DNA of 64,000 nucleotides from Eledone cirrhosa (Eukaryota). The translations under genes were made by a program, and so were the position numbers. Below, piece after piece: positions 39,631 through 52,395 of the stretch. The stretch is taken from positions 217,620,001 to 217,684,000 of the forward strand of contig OZ024740.1 of the NCBI GenBank assembly GCA_964016885.1, written 5' to 3'. Every line of letters starts with the position of its first letter. Position 1 is the first letter of the stretch. Below the pieces are notes generated by a model. It was not told the origin of the DNA. It saw only the letters and a program-made list of their open reading frames with translations, and did not search any database.

Positions 39631-39814
39631 CACACATCACAAACACGTATACATACGTATATTCTGTGCCTAAATAATTTTTTGCTGTTCATCAAAACAT
39701 ACACACAGGCACGCTTATCCCAATAACAGCATTGTACATTCACTGTTTCATATACACATTGGCTTTTCACGGTGTCACTTCTAACGCCACATGAACTATG
39801 TGTCTTTAGGTAAT

Positions 39815-40393
39815 GGTAGAAGTCAAAATTCGTTTACTGAACACACTTGTGTGGTCAATGCTTCTTTACGGCTGCGAATGGTGGACTTTCACGAATCAGA
39901 CCCAGAGATAACTCGAGTCTACTGAGATCTATTTCTATCGCAGAATAATCAGGCCCTCGTACGTCGACTGGATAAATAATTGTTTCTACTTTTGGCACAA
40001 GGCCAGCAATTATCCAGTACATTACTGGTACTTTATTGACCCCGTAAGGAGGAAAGGCAAAGTTAACTTCGGCTGGATTTGAACTCAGAATGGATAAATA
40101 ATGAAGAGATTTTGAAGTCAGTGCGGACGGAACGTGAGATACTGCTCACTATTAAAAAGAGACAACTAATGTTCCTCGGACATGTCATCAGGAAAGGCAT
40201 GATGGAAAACTTTTCCACTAGCGGAAACATTCCTGGGAAGTGTGCCAGAGGTCGTCAAAGGAGGTCGTTTTGTGACGATTTCAACATCAAAGCCACAGAA
40301 GTAAGGGATCTCGCCCGAGATCGAACACCATGGAATGCCATTATTGGTCAAACACTGAAACAGTGATGGCACAAGAAGAAGAAGAAGAAGAAG

Positions 40394-40422
<29 letters not shown>
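39815..40422 (+). mobile_element. RTE 3' fragment with (GAA)n tail and one SINE, unit 2
   Basis: Copy of 9545-10295 without the second SINE. Confidence 0.75.
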
Positions 40423-40424
<2 letters not shown>

Positions 40425-40910
40425 CCCTATTACTTCTATCGCTACATGAACGATCTATATTTTTGTAGTTGTAGAACACCCTGTCTCTTCTATTGCTAGA
40501 TGAACGACCTATATTTATGTACTGGTAGAAGTCCCTATCACTTCTATCGCTACATGATAGAAGTGACAATATCCATATGAATACCATTTGTCTCTTACTT
40601 CTTTTGATATGCTTCATGTTCAACAGAAACTTATGACAAATAACTGAATCATAATTTACAGCAGTGTCAAATAATATTTAAAAGAACATTTCTTTCTAGA
40701 AGACAATTCGAGATGAAATTTATAACCAGAGATTTTCCTAGAGTTTCGAGTGACATTTTAATGTTTCATAAGAGTTTCCGAGAAAATCTACAAGAATTTT
40801 TTCGAAACCTAACTAAAGAGATTACCCTTTAGTCATTAAAATTTACATTGACAATCTCTCTCGCTTTCTCTACCTGTCTCACTCTCTCTTTCAATCTCTG
40901 TCTCTCAGTT

Positions 40911-40986
<76 letters not shown>

Positions 40987-41065
40987 ATTAGAGTTAAAAC
41001 TCAATTGGAACCCTGTAACTATTAAGCTCCAAGTATAAATATAAATATAAATACTGAGCCAATTA

Positions 41066-41548
41066 ATAATATATAGTATGAAACACAGTAAACCGTGTGT
41101 CTAAAATTACAAGGGTTGAAAAACCACATTTGTTTGAAATATTTAACCAAGAAGCAGACAGAATGATAAAATATACAAACCGCCGCAATAACCATTATAT
41201 CTCTCGGACAGATTATCCCTAATCTGTTTCGCCCTGAGTGTGTTTGTAACAGATAATACCACGTTTGACTAGTGGAGCACGAGGTGATAAATTCATCTTT
41301 CTGTGTGAACGTTGGCAAATAGTGTTTGTGGCATTTAATCAGAATCTCTCGCTGATGAAGCCCAGGATTATCTGTTACAAACACACTCAGGGCGAAACAG
41401 ATTAGGGATAATCTGTCCGAGAGATATAATGGTTATTGCGGCGGTTTGTATATTTTATCATTCTGTCTGCTTCTTGGTTAAATATTTCAAACAAATGTGG
41501 TTTTTCAACCCTTGTAATTTTAGACACACGGTTTACTGTGTTTCTTAC

Positions 41549-41558
<10 letters not shown>
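41066..41558. repeat. Long inverted repeat (192-bp arms), unit 2
   Basis: Copy of 10982-11474. Confidence 0.95.
41344..41425 (+). ncRNA. Type I hammerhead ribozyme, unit 2
   Basis: Identical to 11260-11341; GUC site with cleavage after 41417. Confidence 0.88.
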
Positions 41559-41591
<33 letters not shown>

Positions 41592-42015
41592 CGTCTGTGT
41601 ATTAGTAGAGTGTAAACATCAATATATATATCTATATATCCAGGGAGTGTAACTTGGAGTTACTGTAGGTTCACCCGGGTGAGCACTCAATGTTGAGGTT
41701 CACTTCAGTGTCGAAGTGTAGAGCTTGACACAGTGTATTATAGTGAAATAGATTTTAGTTACTATGGAGAATTTTATAAAAATAACAAAATAAGATGCTG
41801 AGGTTACATATATCGTTTAATCATTATACTTATTTCCACTGTTCACCATGCAATCGAGATGCCCTTCATGCATTTGCTGTTGCTATGAGAACAGTATCCT
41901 CAGATGAATAACCGATATGTTTGATATGTAGCTGGCAGGTGAAACACACGTCCAATTGCTCGTGCGCCTAGCAGACATATGAGTTCCTTGAAGGGTTTGC
42001 CAGCGGTCGTGTTTG

Positions 42016-42081
<66 letters not shown>

Positions 42082-42306
42082 CGTGAGCGTATTAATAGAG
42101 TGTAAATATCAAGATTAATATAGAAATGGCTTCTACAGGACTAGAACTGTTTCAATCAGAAGAAATCATCAGGCTTTATTGAGGATTCAATTTGAATTCA
42201 ACAGTTCTATTCCTGTAGAAGCCATTTCTATATTAAGCTTGATATACGTATATATATATATATGCAATATATTAATAAATGGAAACTATATTTATAAAAC
42301 CATAGT

Positions 42307-42372
42307 TATTTTATTATATATATTTCAAGGGCAACCAAGGTAAATTTTGGTGCGCTTTCATCAGATAAAATA
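42307..42372 (-). ncRNA. Minimal type I hammerhead, unit 2
   Basis: Identical to 12349-12414. Confidence 0.75.
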
Positions 42373-42912
42373 CAAAATTTGTTTTATAAATGTTGACATA
42401 CCCGTAGAAAACAACCTTGACGGTTGAAGGTTCTCTGGATAGTGGAATTTTTTATTTATTTAGGGCAATTCAAAGTTATGTGTGAGTATGCAAATGAATG
42501 TCAGAAAGATTTAAAAAAACAACGGTTTATTTAAATTATACTGTTGGAAAAAGAGTTAGAAAAAACAGAGAAAAAGAGAAAGGGAGAAAAAAAAAGAAGA
42601 AAAAAGTAAATATAGTTTCCATTTATTAATATATTGTTTCTACTTTAGGCACAAGGCCAGCAATTATTCAGTACATTACTGGTACTTTATTTTATCGACC
42701 CCCTAAGGATGAAAGGCAAAGTTAACCTCGGCGGGATTTGAACTCAGACTGTAAAGGGACGTAACTATGCTAGAAAGCATGGCGTCCGACCCTCTGCCAA
42801 TTCACAGCATTTATTAATATATTGAATATTTACTCCAGTAAACTGTTGAGTGCTTCATATCAGTTATAAAACTTTTAAGCTTGTTGAATCCCAACAAATT
42901 AAATATAACATT

Positions 42913-42959
<47 letters not shown>

Positions 42960-42999
42960 GATATTAAATAAATGGAAACTATATTTATAAAACCATATC

Positions 43000-43065
43000 T
43001 ATTTCATTATATATATTTCAGGGATATCATATTAACAATATGCTATGCCTTCCTCAGACAAAATA
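43000..43065 (-). ncRNA. Minimal type I hammerhead (AT-rich family), unit 2 only
   Basis: Minus strand TATTTTGT-CTGAGGA-AGGCATAGCATATT(GTT)AATATGATATCCCT-GAAA-TATATA-TA-ATGAAATA. Confidence 0.7.
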
Positions 43066-43098
43066 CTAGTTGTAACCCAACAATTTAAATATAACTTT

Positions 43099-43133
<35 letters not shown>

Positions 43134-43297
43134 TAGGTAAATATACACGGGTGTGTATGATTGTGTATAGAAGATTATATTAATAAGAGGAATTCCAACT
43201 TTGTCTGATTTACTCGTTTTATTTACAATCCTTTAAAATATATATAATGGTATTATAATGAAATAGTATGATAGAATATTAAATTCTAAGTGTTAAT

Positions 43298-43336
43298 TGA
43301 ACAAGTACTTTCATGCTTTCGCAATCTTCAGGTTCA
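43298..43336 (-). ncRNA. Minimal hammerhead motif, unit 2
   Basis: Identical to 12987-13025. Confidence 0.65.
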
Positions 43337-43369
43337 TGATATGTGGTCACAGTCGAGTTTGCAATTTTC

Positions 43370-43431
<62 letters not shown>

Positions 43432-45501
43432 GTTAAACAAGGTTCAATGAAAAAATCAAAGAATGAGTTTTACAATAGATTGGAAGCATTCAACAACAAT
43501 CGTTTTCCGGAGTTATTAATCAGATTATGACACTTTAATAATGTTTTATTTTCTATTCATTTATGATAGAATTAATGTTAAACTAAAGGGTCTTGTTTAG
43601 GTATATAAACATATTGTTTGTTAACATGTTCTCTTGATGAATATGCACACCTTTGGATATTTTAGATATATATAATTTAGATTGGGATCCTTATATATTT
43701 GTTTTTGTTTTAAATATATAATTTGGATATATAACTTATAAGAATACCGGTTATAATTGAACCGTAAATCATTCATGCATTTATATATTTATATATTTTA
43801 CTCATTTTGAGTATGTTTTAGGATTCAGAAAGTTAGATTTGTACATTTTTATTTTTTTATATATATTAATGTATAAATGTCACAAATGATACTAGTCGAC
43901 ACATATTGGTCTTTCTTTCCACTGAACTGGATGTAAAACTACAATTATAACATTACTAATAATGATTGTAATTATTTATTTATTATATGTATATCGTTTC
44001 ACTAATACCTATAATACTCTCTCTATATATTTGAACAAATCTGTTTATCTAGTATAATAACATGCCCCTAGTTACATTTATAAGTAATTTAGATACTCAA
44101 ATGACTCTCTATTGTTATAATTGTTACATATTTTCTGAATGTTCTAAATTATATAACGATTATTACTTAATTTAATTTAATTTATTTTAATTAAATTCGG
44201 GTTACCTCCGGGTCATTGAAATCCTTAGCTCCTCTTTCTAACATCTTCGTGGACACTTTAGAAGTGTTGTTAGTCTACTATATAAATTTAAAAAATCTCT
44301 TGCATTTTTATGATCGCAAACAATTCATTATTTTTACCTTTTCACCTTTTATTTTGAATCTAGTCCTTATCCTTAGGATTCATGAAGTTTTGATTTGTAT
44401 ATTTATAGTATATATCTATTAAATGATCCTATTATAATAATTGATCTAAAACATTAATTTTAACAATATTATCAGTAACTTATTTATTGTATTGTATTAT
44501 GTTATGTCTAATTGAGAGGTATCATCTTAATCTTTAGACAATATAATCTTTGTGTATTTTTTTGATAAACGCATATATATAATTTAATAATCAAACTTTT
44601 TAAGTTTAATTATAAGGCCTGTTGATCCATTAGGCATTCAAATTGTTTATCTTAAAATTCTTTAAAGATTATAACTGTAATTATTTTCTAAATTATATAA
44701 TGTAAACTATTTTCAATATAATATAAATAATTTAATATTATACAATACATTTAGTAAAGTTTACCTTCGCGAGGATGTAAAAACATTATGTTTTCTTTCT
44801 CGTGTTTGTAAAACCTTTAAATCTTATTTCAGAAAATTTGATTTTATGAATTAAATATGATAGTATACTTTAATATTAATAGAGATATTTATTAACTTTT
44901 ATAACCTAAAATATTATTCATTACTCTGAACTAACTTAAATTAAATGATTTGAATGTTAGCGGTCAACCAGATATGTTTGGATATATATTGTATATATAG
45001 ATAATTATCTATAGACTTGGTATTAACCTTCATATGAATACACCCAATTATAATTAACATTTCGATTGATGAATACTTTTAGATAATTCAATAATTCAAT
45101 GAATTGAGATTTTTTCTTTTTCCTAAAGCTAAGCCGAAATGTTGTTCTAATTAATATCTCCCTATATATTACACTATACAAATTATTCTTCTTTATATCT
45201 CTGTAATCAACTCTCTTTTTCTTACTAGCTATATTATCCCTTCATCTGTTTCTTTCTCTATGCCTTTCTTTTCTTTCCTCTTTCTTCAGTAATTTAAATT
45301 ATTTGAATCTCTAACAGTTATATTGCTGCTATATATGTTTTAAGCTTTCTCAAACGCACCCTCTCTATTATATGTATTATATGTAGGTTTTTTTCATGTT
45401 TCAATATTAAGGTATATAAATATTGTGTGTTGTCATATATTACTCACTACCATGACTGAATCTTAAGCATCTACTATGTCAAGGTATGTCATGCATCATC
45501 T

Positions 45502-45569
45502 TATTTTATCTGATGAGGACGTACTGTTGAAGTTAACACAGTACCTCTGAAATATGTATAACGAAAATA
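45502..45569 (+). ncRNA. Minimal type I hammerhead at the end of the decayed PLE, unit 2 only
   Basis: TATTTTAT-CTGATGA-GGAC-GTACTGT(..)ACAGTAC-CTCT-GAAA-TATGTA-TA-ACGAAAATA. Confidence 0.65.
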
Positions 45570-45609
45570 TACTTGATCATAAGAATATCTATTTTGTTAA
45601 TATTTTGAA

Positions 45610-45673
<64 letters not shown>

Positions 45674-45699
45674 TCATTTTATTAAGGTTAAATTTCTAT

Positions 45700-47040
45700 T
45701 TTATCATTTGTACGCTCGTCGTCGAGAACCTGGTCGGCGAACCGCAAACATGTGCAATCCCGACCAGGTCCATACTCGATAACCTCCACCTCATTTGATA
45801 CATCATAGAGAGGCTAGGGTGTAAACTGGCTTCGGTGAGGCTTTGATCAATTTAGATCAATCAAAGGCATTTGATAGGGTCGACCATCAATACCTGGAAG
45901 CGGTTCTCAAGGCAGCCGGTTTCGGCCCAGTCTTCAGAGGCTGGATCGCTGCTACGCACAGCAACATCTGCTCCGCAGTCAAGGTGAATGCCTACCTATC
46001 GGAGCCATTCCAAATCATGCGTTCCATCCGTCAAGGATGTCCTTTCTCTTCCATTCTGTATGTACTGACTCTCGAGCCACTACTGTGGAAGTTGGAGCTA
46101 TTGCATGGCATCCTGATGTAACTAGGACTGCGAAAAGCAGCGTCAAGAGATGACCGTAATTGTGTCGAAAATCGAGGTAATCGTCAACAGGAATACAAAA
46201 CGTTCACAGGGGCAAGACTAAACCCAAACAAGTATGTCGGTTTGCAACTCGGTACATGGATAGGCAAACCATGCCGTCAGAAAGCGTCGTTGGATGCTGA
46301 CGAAAATTGGAACGAGTGGGCTGAGTGCAAACTGTAGTAAAAAGGTCGGGCGGGGTGGCCAACACTTACATAGCATCCATCATCTACTACCGCTTGACAG
46401 TCGTGCCTTGCCCCCGCGAACACCTCATCAAAATGGAACGCCTACTCTTCAAATTTCTCTGGAAGAATCAGGCTCCATTGGTGAGGAGATCCATCTGCTG
46501 TCAACGACCTTCTAACAGAGGGCAGGGCATGCCGTAGCTGATGATGCGCAAACACGCGCTGCGGCTACGCCATCTCCAGGTATTCCTGACCGGTGTGGCT
46601 GTCGTTTGTGAGATCAGCTCTTCCACAACTCGTCTCACTAACAGAGCTAGAGTCCTGGGTCAAGCGAAGACCGAAAATGGGCGCCTGGCACCTCGAGTGC
46701 CTTCAGGCGTTCACAGCCCTCTACCAAGGTGGTGGCTATGGCGAAAGATGTAATATGGTGGACGAGATTAAATGGACTTATCTCCCTCCTTAAGTACCAC
46801 TTCAGAAGGAAGGTGAGAGTGGAGAGAGAGGTGCTACACCCCAGTAAATTAGCTGAAAGGTGGGTGAATGTGGCGGAAATGGCCCGAGGGAATGGGCCTT
46901 CTCTGTATATAAACCTGTAGGTTGAGGAAGATAAACAGAGGGAAGACGGGAACACGTACAAAACGTGCTCCTGGTGTTGAAGGTTGTTCTATCCACGCGG
47001 TGTAAAACAACCCCACACTAACGTTCCCCCTATTTCAATT
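45700..47040 (+). mobile_element. Tx1/L1 ORF2 remnant, unit 2 (lacks ~430 bp present in unit 1)
   Basis: LDQSKAFDRV and RQGCPFS motifs; deletion junction at ~46728. Confidence 0.85.
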
Positions 47041-47089
47041 GTTATTTTATTATATATAGTTTATTTACCTATAGTAATGATTATCTAGA

Positions 47090-48850
47090 TACATATGGCC
47101 CTAGCAACCTGTGCCCTACAAGACCAGCAAGAGGCAGACCACCTACCATTACTTCAATGGCCAATAAAACCCACACAGATAGATGGAACGGGTGGACCAG
47201 AGCCATACGGACCCCCGAAAACCACGATGAATTAAAGAAAATGATTGCACATGCGGTGGGAGGCCAGCATAAAATTAACCCTTAAGGAACATATGTTCAA
47301 ATTTAATGGAAAAACATATGCCGAAGAGGAGGGAGCAGCCATTGATGTTAGCATTGCAGGTGACATAGCTAACCTATTCATGGTATGGTGGGACAATAAA
47401 CCTAAACTTAAACTTAAAGAACAATTACGAGACAGCAACCCCTTAACCCTGATAATGTACTCCCGCTACGTTGATGATATAAACATCGTAGTAAAAACAC
47501 CCCCACTAGAGAACAGTCAGGATTTAGAGAAAAACACCATGGAAAGTATCCAGCAAATAGCTAACTCCATCCACCAGAGTATTAGAGTTACTATAGACTA
47601 CCCAAGCAAACACCCCAACCATCGATTACCTGTACTAGACACAGAGCTCTGGTTAGATACCATTAATAACAAAAAACAAATCCTCTATTCCCATTATGCC
47701 AAACCCATGACTTCCAAATATCTGATCCACCGAAACTCAGCTGTTTCGGACCATACCAAAATCAACATTCTGATTGCGGATTTCGTACGAGTGATGAGAA
47801 ACGTGTCATCCACCGTATGCAGTTCTCTGGTTACAATCAGAGAGATAAAATCAGAGTATATAGAGGAGCCAGAACCAAATGGCAAAAATGGTAAATAATG
47901 ACACAAGTGGGACCTGCCCCTTGTATAGGAGCAAATTTTGGAATAGAATAGAAAGAACTAGGAATAAGGTTAATAGAATAAACTCATGGTATGATAGCAA
48001 TAAATACCAGAGTGTAATGTTCATCGATACAACCCTAGAGGTGAATTAGCTTACAAATTTAGAAGGGCCCTAGATAAACATAAACTCAATATTAAGATAG
48101 TAGAAAGACCAGGTACCTCCATAAAAACACTTATTAGCAATACATACCCTTTTCAAAGACCTCCCTGTATAGATAAGAAATGTATAATCTGTAAATTAAG
48201 CCTGCATATTAACTGTAAAAATAGAAATGTAGTATATAGCATAAGATGTACTGAAGGACAATGTAGAGATAAGAATATAATGTACATAGGTGAGACAGCT
48301 CGTAGTGTAGGAGAACGGATAAATGAACACTGGCGAGTCCTTCAAGATAGTAAAGAATCAGCTGTACTCTACCAACATGCTAAAATAGAACATAAGGGTA
48401 AATTAGAGAACAAAGAAATAAAAATAGAATCTACACACAGAAAAGACGCAATGTTTAGACAAATCACAGAGGCAATAAACATAAAAGAATTACAACCAAA
48501 ATTAAATAGAAAACATGAGTGGAACAGCAATATCACAACTTATAATTAAGGACAAAATGAAAACACACACGCACATAGAACAAACAATCAACCTGTAACA
48601 TGTAAATAAACAAATAAATAAACGAATATAAACACACACAGACACCCGGATGTGGCGCATGCGCAGACTGAGCACACAACACACACACATAAACGAGATG
48701 GCGTAGGACAGAACAAAGAAGAGGCACAAAAGCAAAGAAAAGAATCCCCAGTCACTGAAGAGGTCACAGAATGTGTGACGAAAGAACTTTGACAATATAT
48801 AAACAACCATCTGGTTGTGGAACCAACCAACCGGAAATTTATAAATTTAT
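47090..48850 (+). mobile_element. Penelope-like element, unit 2
   Basis: YSRYVDDI and YIGETARSVGERINEH; hammerhead motif at 48751-48793. Confidence 0.9.
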
Positions 48851-48981
48851 TATAATAAATTGAAGTGAAAGCAACTGGTGCGTGTGTTTCTTATTGGCAA
48901 CATGACCCTCCCAAAGTATAACAATATCGGTCTCAACACACGTTTTCAGATAAAGAATCTTGCTAAACAAATTCAGAAACG

Positions 48982-49002
<21 letters not shown>

Positions 49003-49017
<15 letters not shown>

Positions 49018-52000
49018 GCAAGTTTACCATTCTGTGTATCCGCCTAAAATTAGCAATCTACCGGACCAAACTCCTCAAAATTACATGTACATATTCACGA
49101 TGCACTCGGACAGGAAAGGGTCGAAAAAGGTTTACTTTGCAAAGCATGGAATTCATTTAAAATCAATTTATCTTATTTATCAATGAATATCAAAAGAGAT
49201 CATCCATATTGTTTTTTATGTTCTCCAGTCTGTAGATAAGATAGTGAGGGATGGGAAGAGAGAGAGTGGCAGATGGAAGAGAGAGTAAGGGGATGAGAGA
49301 GAAAGAGAGAGAGAGAGTGAGTGGATGGGAGAGAGAGAGAGTAAGGGGGTGTTTGAGAGAAAGAAAGAGAGTAAGGGATGAGAGAGAGAGAGTGGGAGAT
49401 GGGCGAGAGAGAGAGAGAGTAAGAAGATGTGAGAGAGAAAGAAAGAGAGTAAGGGGAAAGACGATGAAAGAGAGAGAGGCAAAGTAATCAGCAAGACCTG
49501 GAATCGAAGAAAGTAGTGTCATTTAGTGGAAGGTCATGAAGTCAAGTCAAGTGATACTATTGGGCGTGTTTACAATGTCCATCCCAACAACAGAGAATGT
49601 TTTTATTTACGGCTATTTCTGCATACTGTTCGAGGACCAACGTCATTTGAGCATCTTAGGTGCTTCAGAGGAAGGGAGTGTGCAACATACCAAGAAGCAT
49701 GTAAACAGCATGGACTCCTGCATGACAATGGACACTGGAAGAAGTGCCTAAAAGAAGCAGCAATCACTCAAGTACCCAGCCAAATAAGACAATTATTTGT
49801 TATTATGCTCACGGCATGTGGAATTGATGAAGCTCATCTACTCTGGCAGGAGTACAAAAACAATATGTCGGACGACTATCTACACCTAGCCCGAAGACAT
49901 CATGGCAATATGTATATGGAATATACCCCCAGGATTTACAATCAAGCTCTCTGTGACGTGTCCCATCGAGTTCAGGCAATGAATATCATATTAGCTAACT
50001 GCGGGATGCCAGAGCCAGATGAAGAAATAGAGGTAGCACAAGACATTTTTCAGGAGACAAACTACGATATTCAAGCATTGCGTAAGTTTGTGGATGAAAA
50101 TGAACCTCGATTGATGGGTGACCAGAAATACGCCTACCACAACATCATCGAAAACATTCAAAATAACAGGGGAGGACTTTTCATCATCGATGCTCCTGCT
50201 GGCACAGGCAAGACATTCCTCATAAACCTCCTGCTTGCAAAAGTTCGCCAAAAGCAACATATTGCCCTTGTTGTGGCTTCAAGTGGCATTGCAGCAACAC
50301 TTCTGGATGGAGGAAGAACGGCACACTCCATGTTTAAGCTGCCTATAGATCTCACACGGCATGAACAATCTTTTTGCAACATCAAGAAGAACTCACCCAA
50401 GGGCAAGCTTCTGCAAACATGCAAGATAATAATTTGGGATGAAGCTACGATGATCCATAAAGGAGCAATTGAAGCTTTGGACCGGACGATAAGGGATCTG
50501 AGAGAAAATAGTTGCATAATGGGAGGAGTGACAATGGTTCTTGCTGGTGATTTCAGACAAACTCTGTCTGTAATTCTTCGTGGGACTCGAGCTAATCAGG
50601 TCAATGCCTGTCTGAAAACATCCTATATCTGGCCCCACTTTCAACTGCTGAGCCTTACAACCAACATGCGAGTGCACTTAACTGGTGACAAAGGTGTCAG
50701 TGAGTTTGTCATCCAACTACTTAAATTGGGAAATGGACTTCTTGAAAAGGACTCCAATGACCATATTCAGTTGTCATTTGGCCATATCCTTGACACAGAA
50801 CAAGAACTGATTGCCAGAGTGTTTCCAAACATTCAGACCAGGCAATGTGATCCGAAATGGCTCTGTCAACGAGCACTCTTAGCACCTAAAACTGTTGCTG
50901 TGAAAGAAATCAACAGAAGGCTGCTGGAGATGTTACCGGGACTGAAAATATGCTACAAATCAGTTGACACAATCACTTCTCAAGACCAGGTTGTAAACTA
51001 TCCAACTGAATTTTTGAATAGTCTTGAACAAGCAGGAATTCCTCCACACAATGAGATACTGAGGCTTGGAGCATCGGTTATGCTACTTCGCAATCTGGAT
51101 CCTCCAAAACTTTGTAATGGCACAAGACTCATCATCAAAAATATGATGTCCAATGTTCTAGAATTTGCAATCATATCAGGAAAATTTGCTGGTGACAATT
51201 GTTTCATTCCCAGAATACCTCTGAAGCCAGCTGATTTGCCATTTGAATTTCAAAGACTTCAATTTCCGATCAAGTTCAGTTTTGCCATGACCATTAATAA
51301 ATCTCAAGGGCAATCATTGAAAGTCGTTGGGTTGAATCTGGCAGATCCTGTCTTTTCGTATGGTCAACTCTATGTTGGCACAACAAGGGTTGGGAACCCT
51401 GATTGTCTCCTCATTGTGGCACAACAGGGCAAAATCAAGTATGTTGTTCATCCAGAGGATTTGGAATGAGCAATGTCCTAATTCCTCATTCAATGACAAT
51501 ACACACAGATTCTAATTCCTTAGTCATGTAGTTTGCAAGGAATTCTGAAGCTGCAAATTTACTGCATGTTGTCGCTTTGGAAGAATATGCAGGCATTCCC
51601 AATTACCTCTGCTATATAAAGTAGTATAAGTACGGACTTTGTTGGGTAGAAATAGCAGCCAAATTTCCTTAAATCCCACCTTACTTTCTCAGGTATGTAT
51701 AAATGTATGAAGCAGATCTACTAGAAATATTAGCAAAATCCATTTCAAATCACAAACAACTGTCTTACACACATACATGTGTGTGTATCTATGTATGTCG
51801 TGTGAGACTCTATACCTGTTGGTATAGCTAGTAGAAATAGAAAACAAATCTCCCTCAAACAAGATCCTACTGCCATAGAGGCAAATATTGGTGAAAGCTA
51901 CAGTGTACAAATTTAAATACACTTTCCCAGAATTAGAGAAATGAGTAAGTAAATGCTTCATTCAATCATAAACCAACTCTAAATTTATTTTCTTACTTAA

Positions 52001-52395
52001 TTTATGGTTTTTAAAATAGTCTTTACATGTTTGAATTTCAGAGGTTCAGATTGAGCAAAAAAAAAAGAAAGAAAATGATAAATAAAAAAAATCTAAATGT
52101 ATTTTTTTGGTCATGCCCTTTTCACTGACAACATACCTAATGATTCATCTATGAGTAAAGCATTATATATGCTGACTGTAATAGGGAGCAGTATTAAAAA
52201 AAATCACCACTGGAAAATATTAATATTTTTATCTAAATGATTTACTTTGACCAAACGGCAATAAATATTCTGCTATAATTCCTACTTTGGCTAAAATTCA
52301 GCAATCATATTTGAATGGTCAAATATTTTGTAATGTGTGCCAAATATATTGTAACTTTCATAACATACCCGGGTATGACCGGGTAGCTCAGCTAG
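49003..52395 (+). mobile_element. Helitron A, unit 2
   Basis: Hairpin plus CTAG at 52392-52395. Confidence 0.88.
49526..51469 (+). CDS. Helitron Pif1-family helicase ORF, 647 codons
   Basis: Intact Walker A APAGTGKT and the downstream Pif1 motifs. Confidence 0.85.
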   Translation: MEGHEVKSSDTIGRVYNVHPNNRECFYLRLFLHTVRGPTSFEHLRCFRGRECATYQEACKQHGLLHDNGHWKKCLKEAAITQVPSQIRQLFVIMLTACGIDEAHLLWQEYKNNMSDDYLHLARRHHGNMYMEYTPRIYNQALCDVSHRVQAMNIILANCGMPEPDEEIEVAQDIFQETNYDIQALRKFVDENEPRLMGDQKYAYHNIIENIQNNRGGLFIIDAPAGTGKTFLINLLLAKVRQKQHIALVVASSGIAATLLDGGRTAHSMFKLPIDLTRHEQSFCNIKKNSPKGKLLQTCKIIIWDEATMIHKGAIEALDRTIRDLRENSCIMGGVTMVLAGDFRQTLSVILRGTRANQVNACLKTSYIWPHFQLLSLTTNMRVHLTGDKGVSEFVIQLLKLGNGLLEKDSNDHIQLSFGHILDTEQELIARVFPNIQTRQCDPKWLCQRALLAPKTVAVKEINRRLLEMLPGLKICYKSVDTITSQDQVVNYPTEFLNSLEQAGIPPHNEILRLGASVMLLRNLDPPKLCNGTRLIIKNMMSNVLEFAIISGKFAGDNCFIPRIPLKPADLPFEFQRLQFPIKFSFAMTINKSQGQSLKVVGLNLADPVFSYGQLYVGTTRVGNPDCLLIVAQQGKIKYVVHPEDLE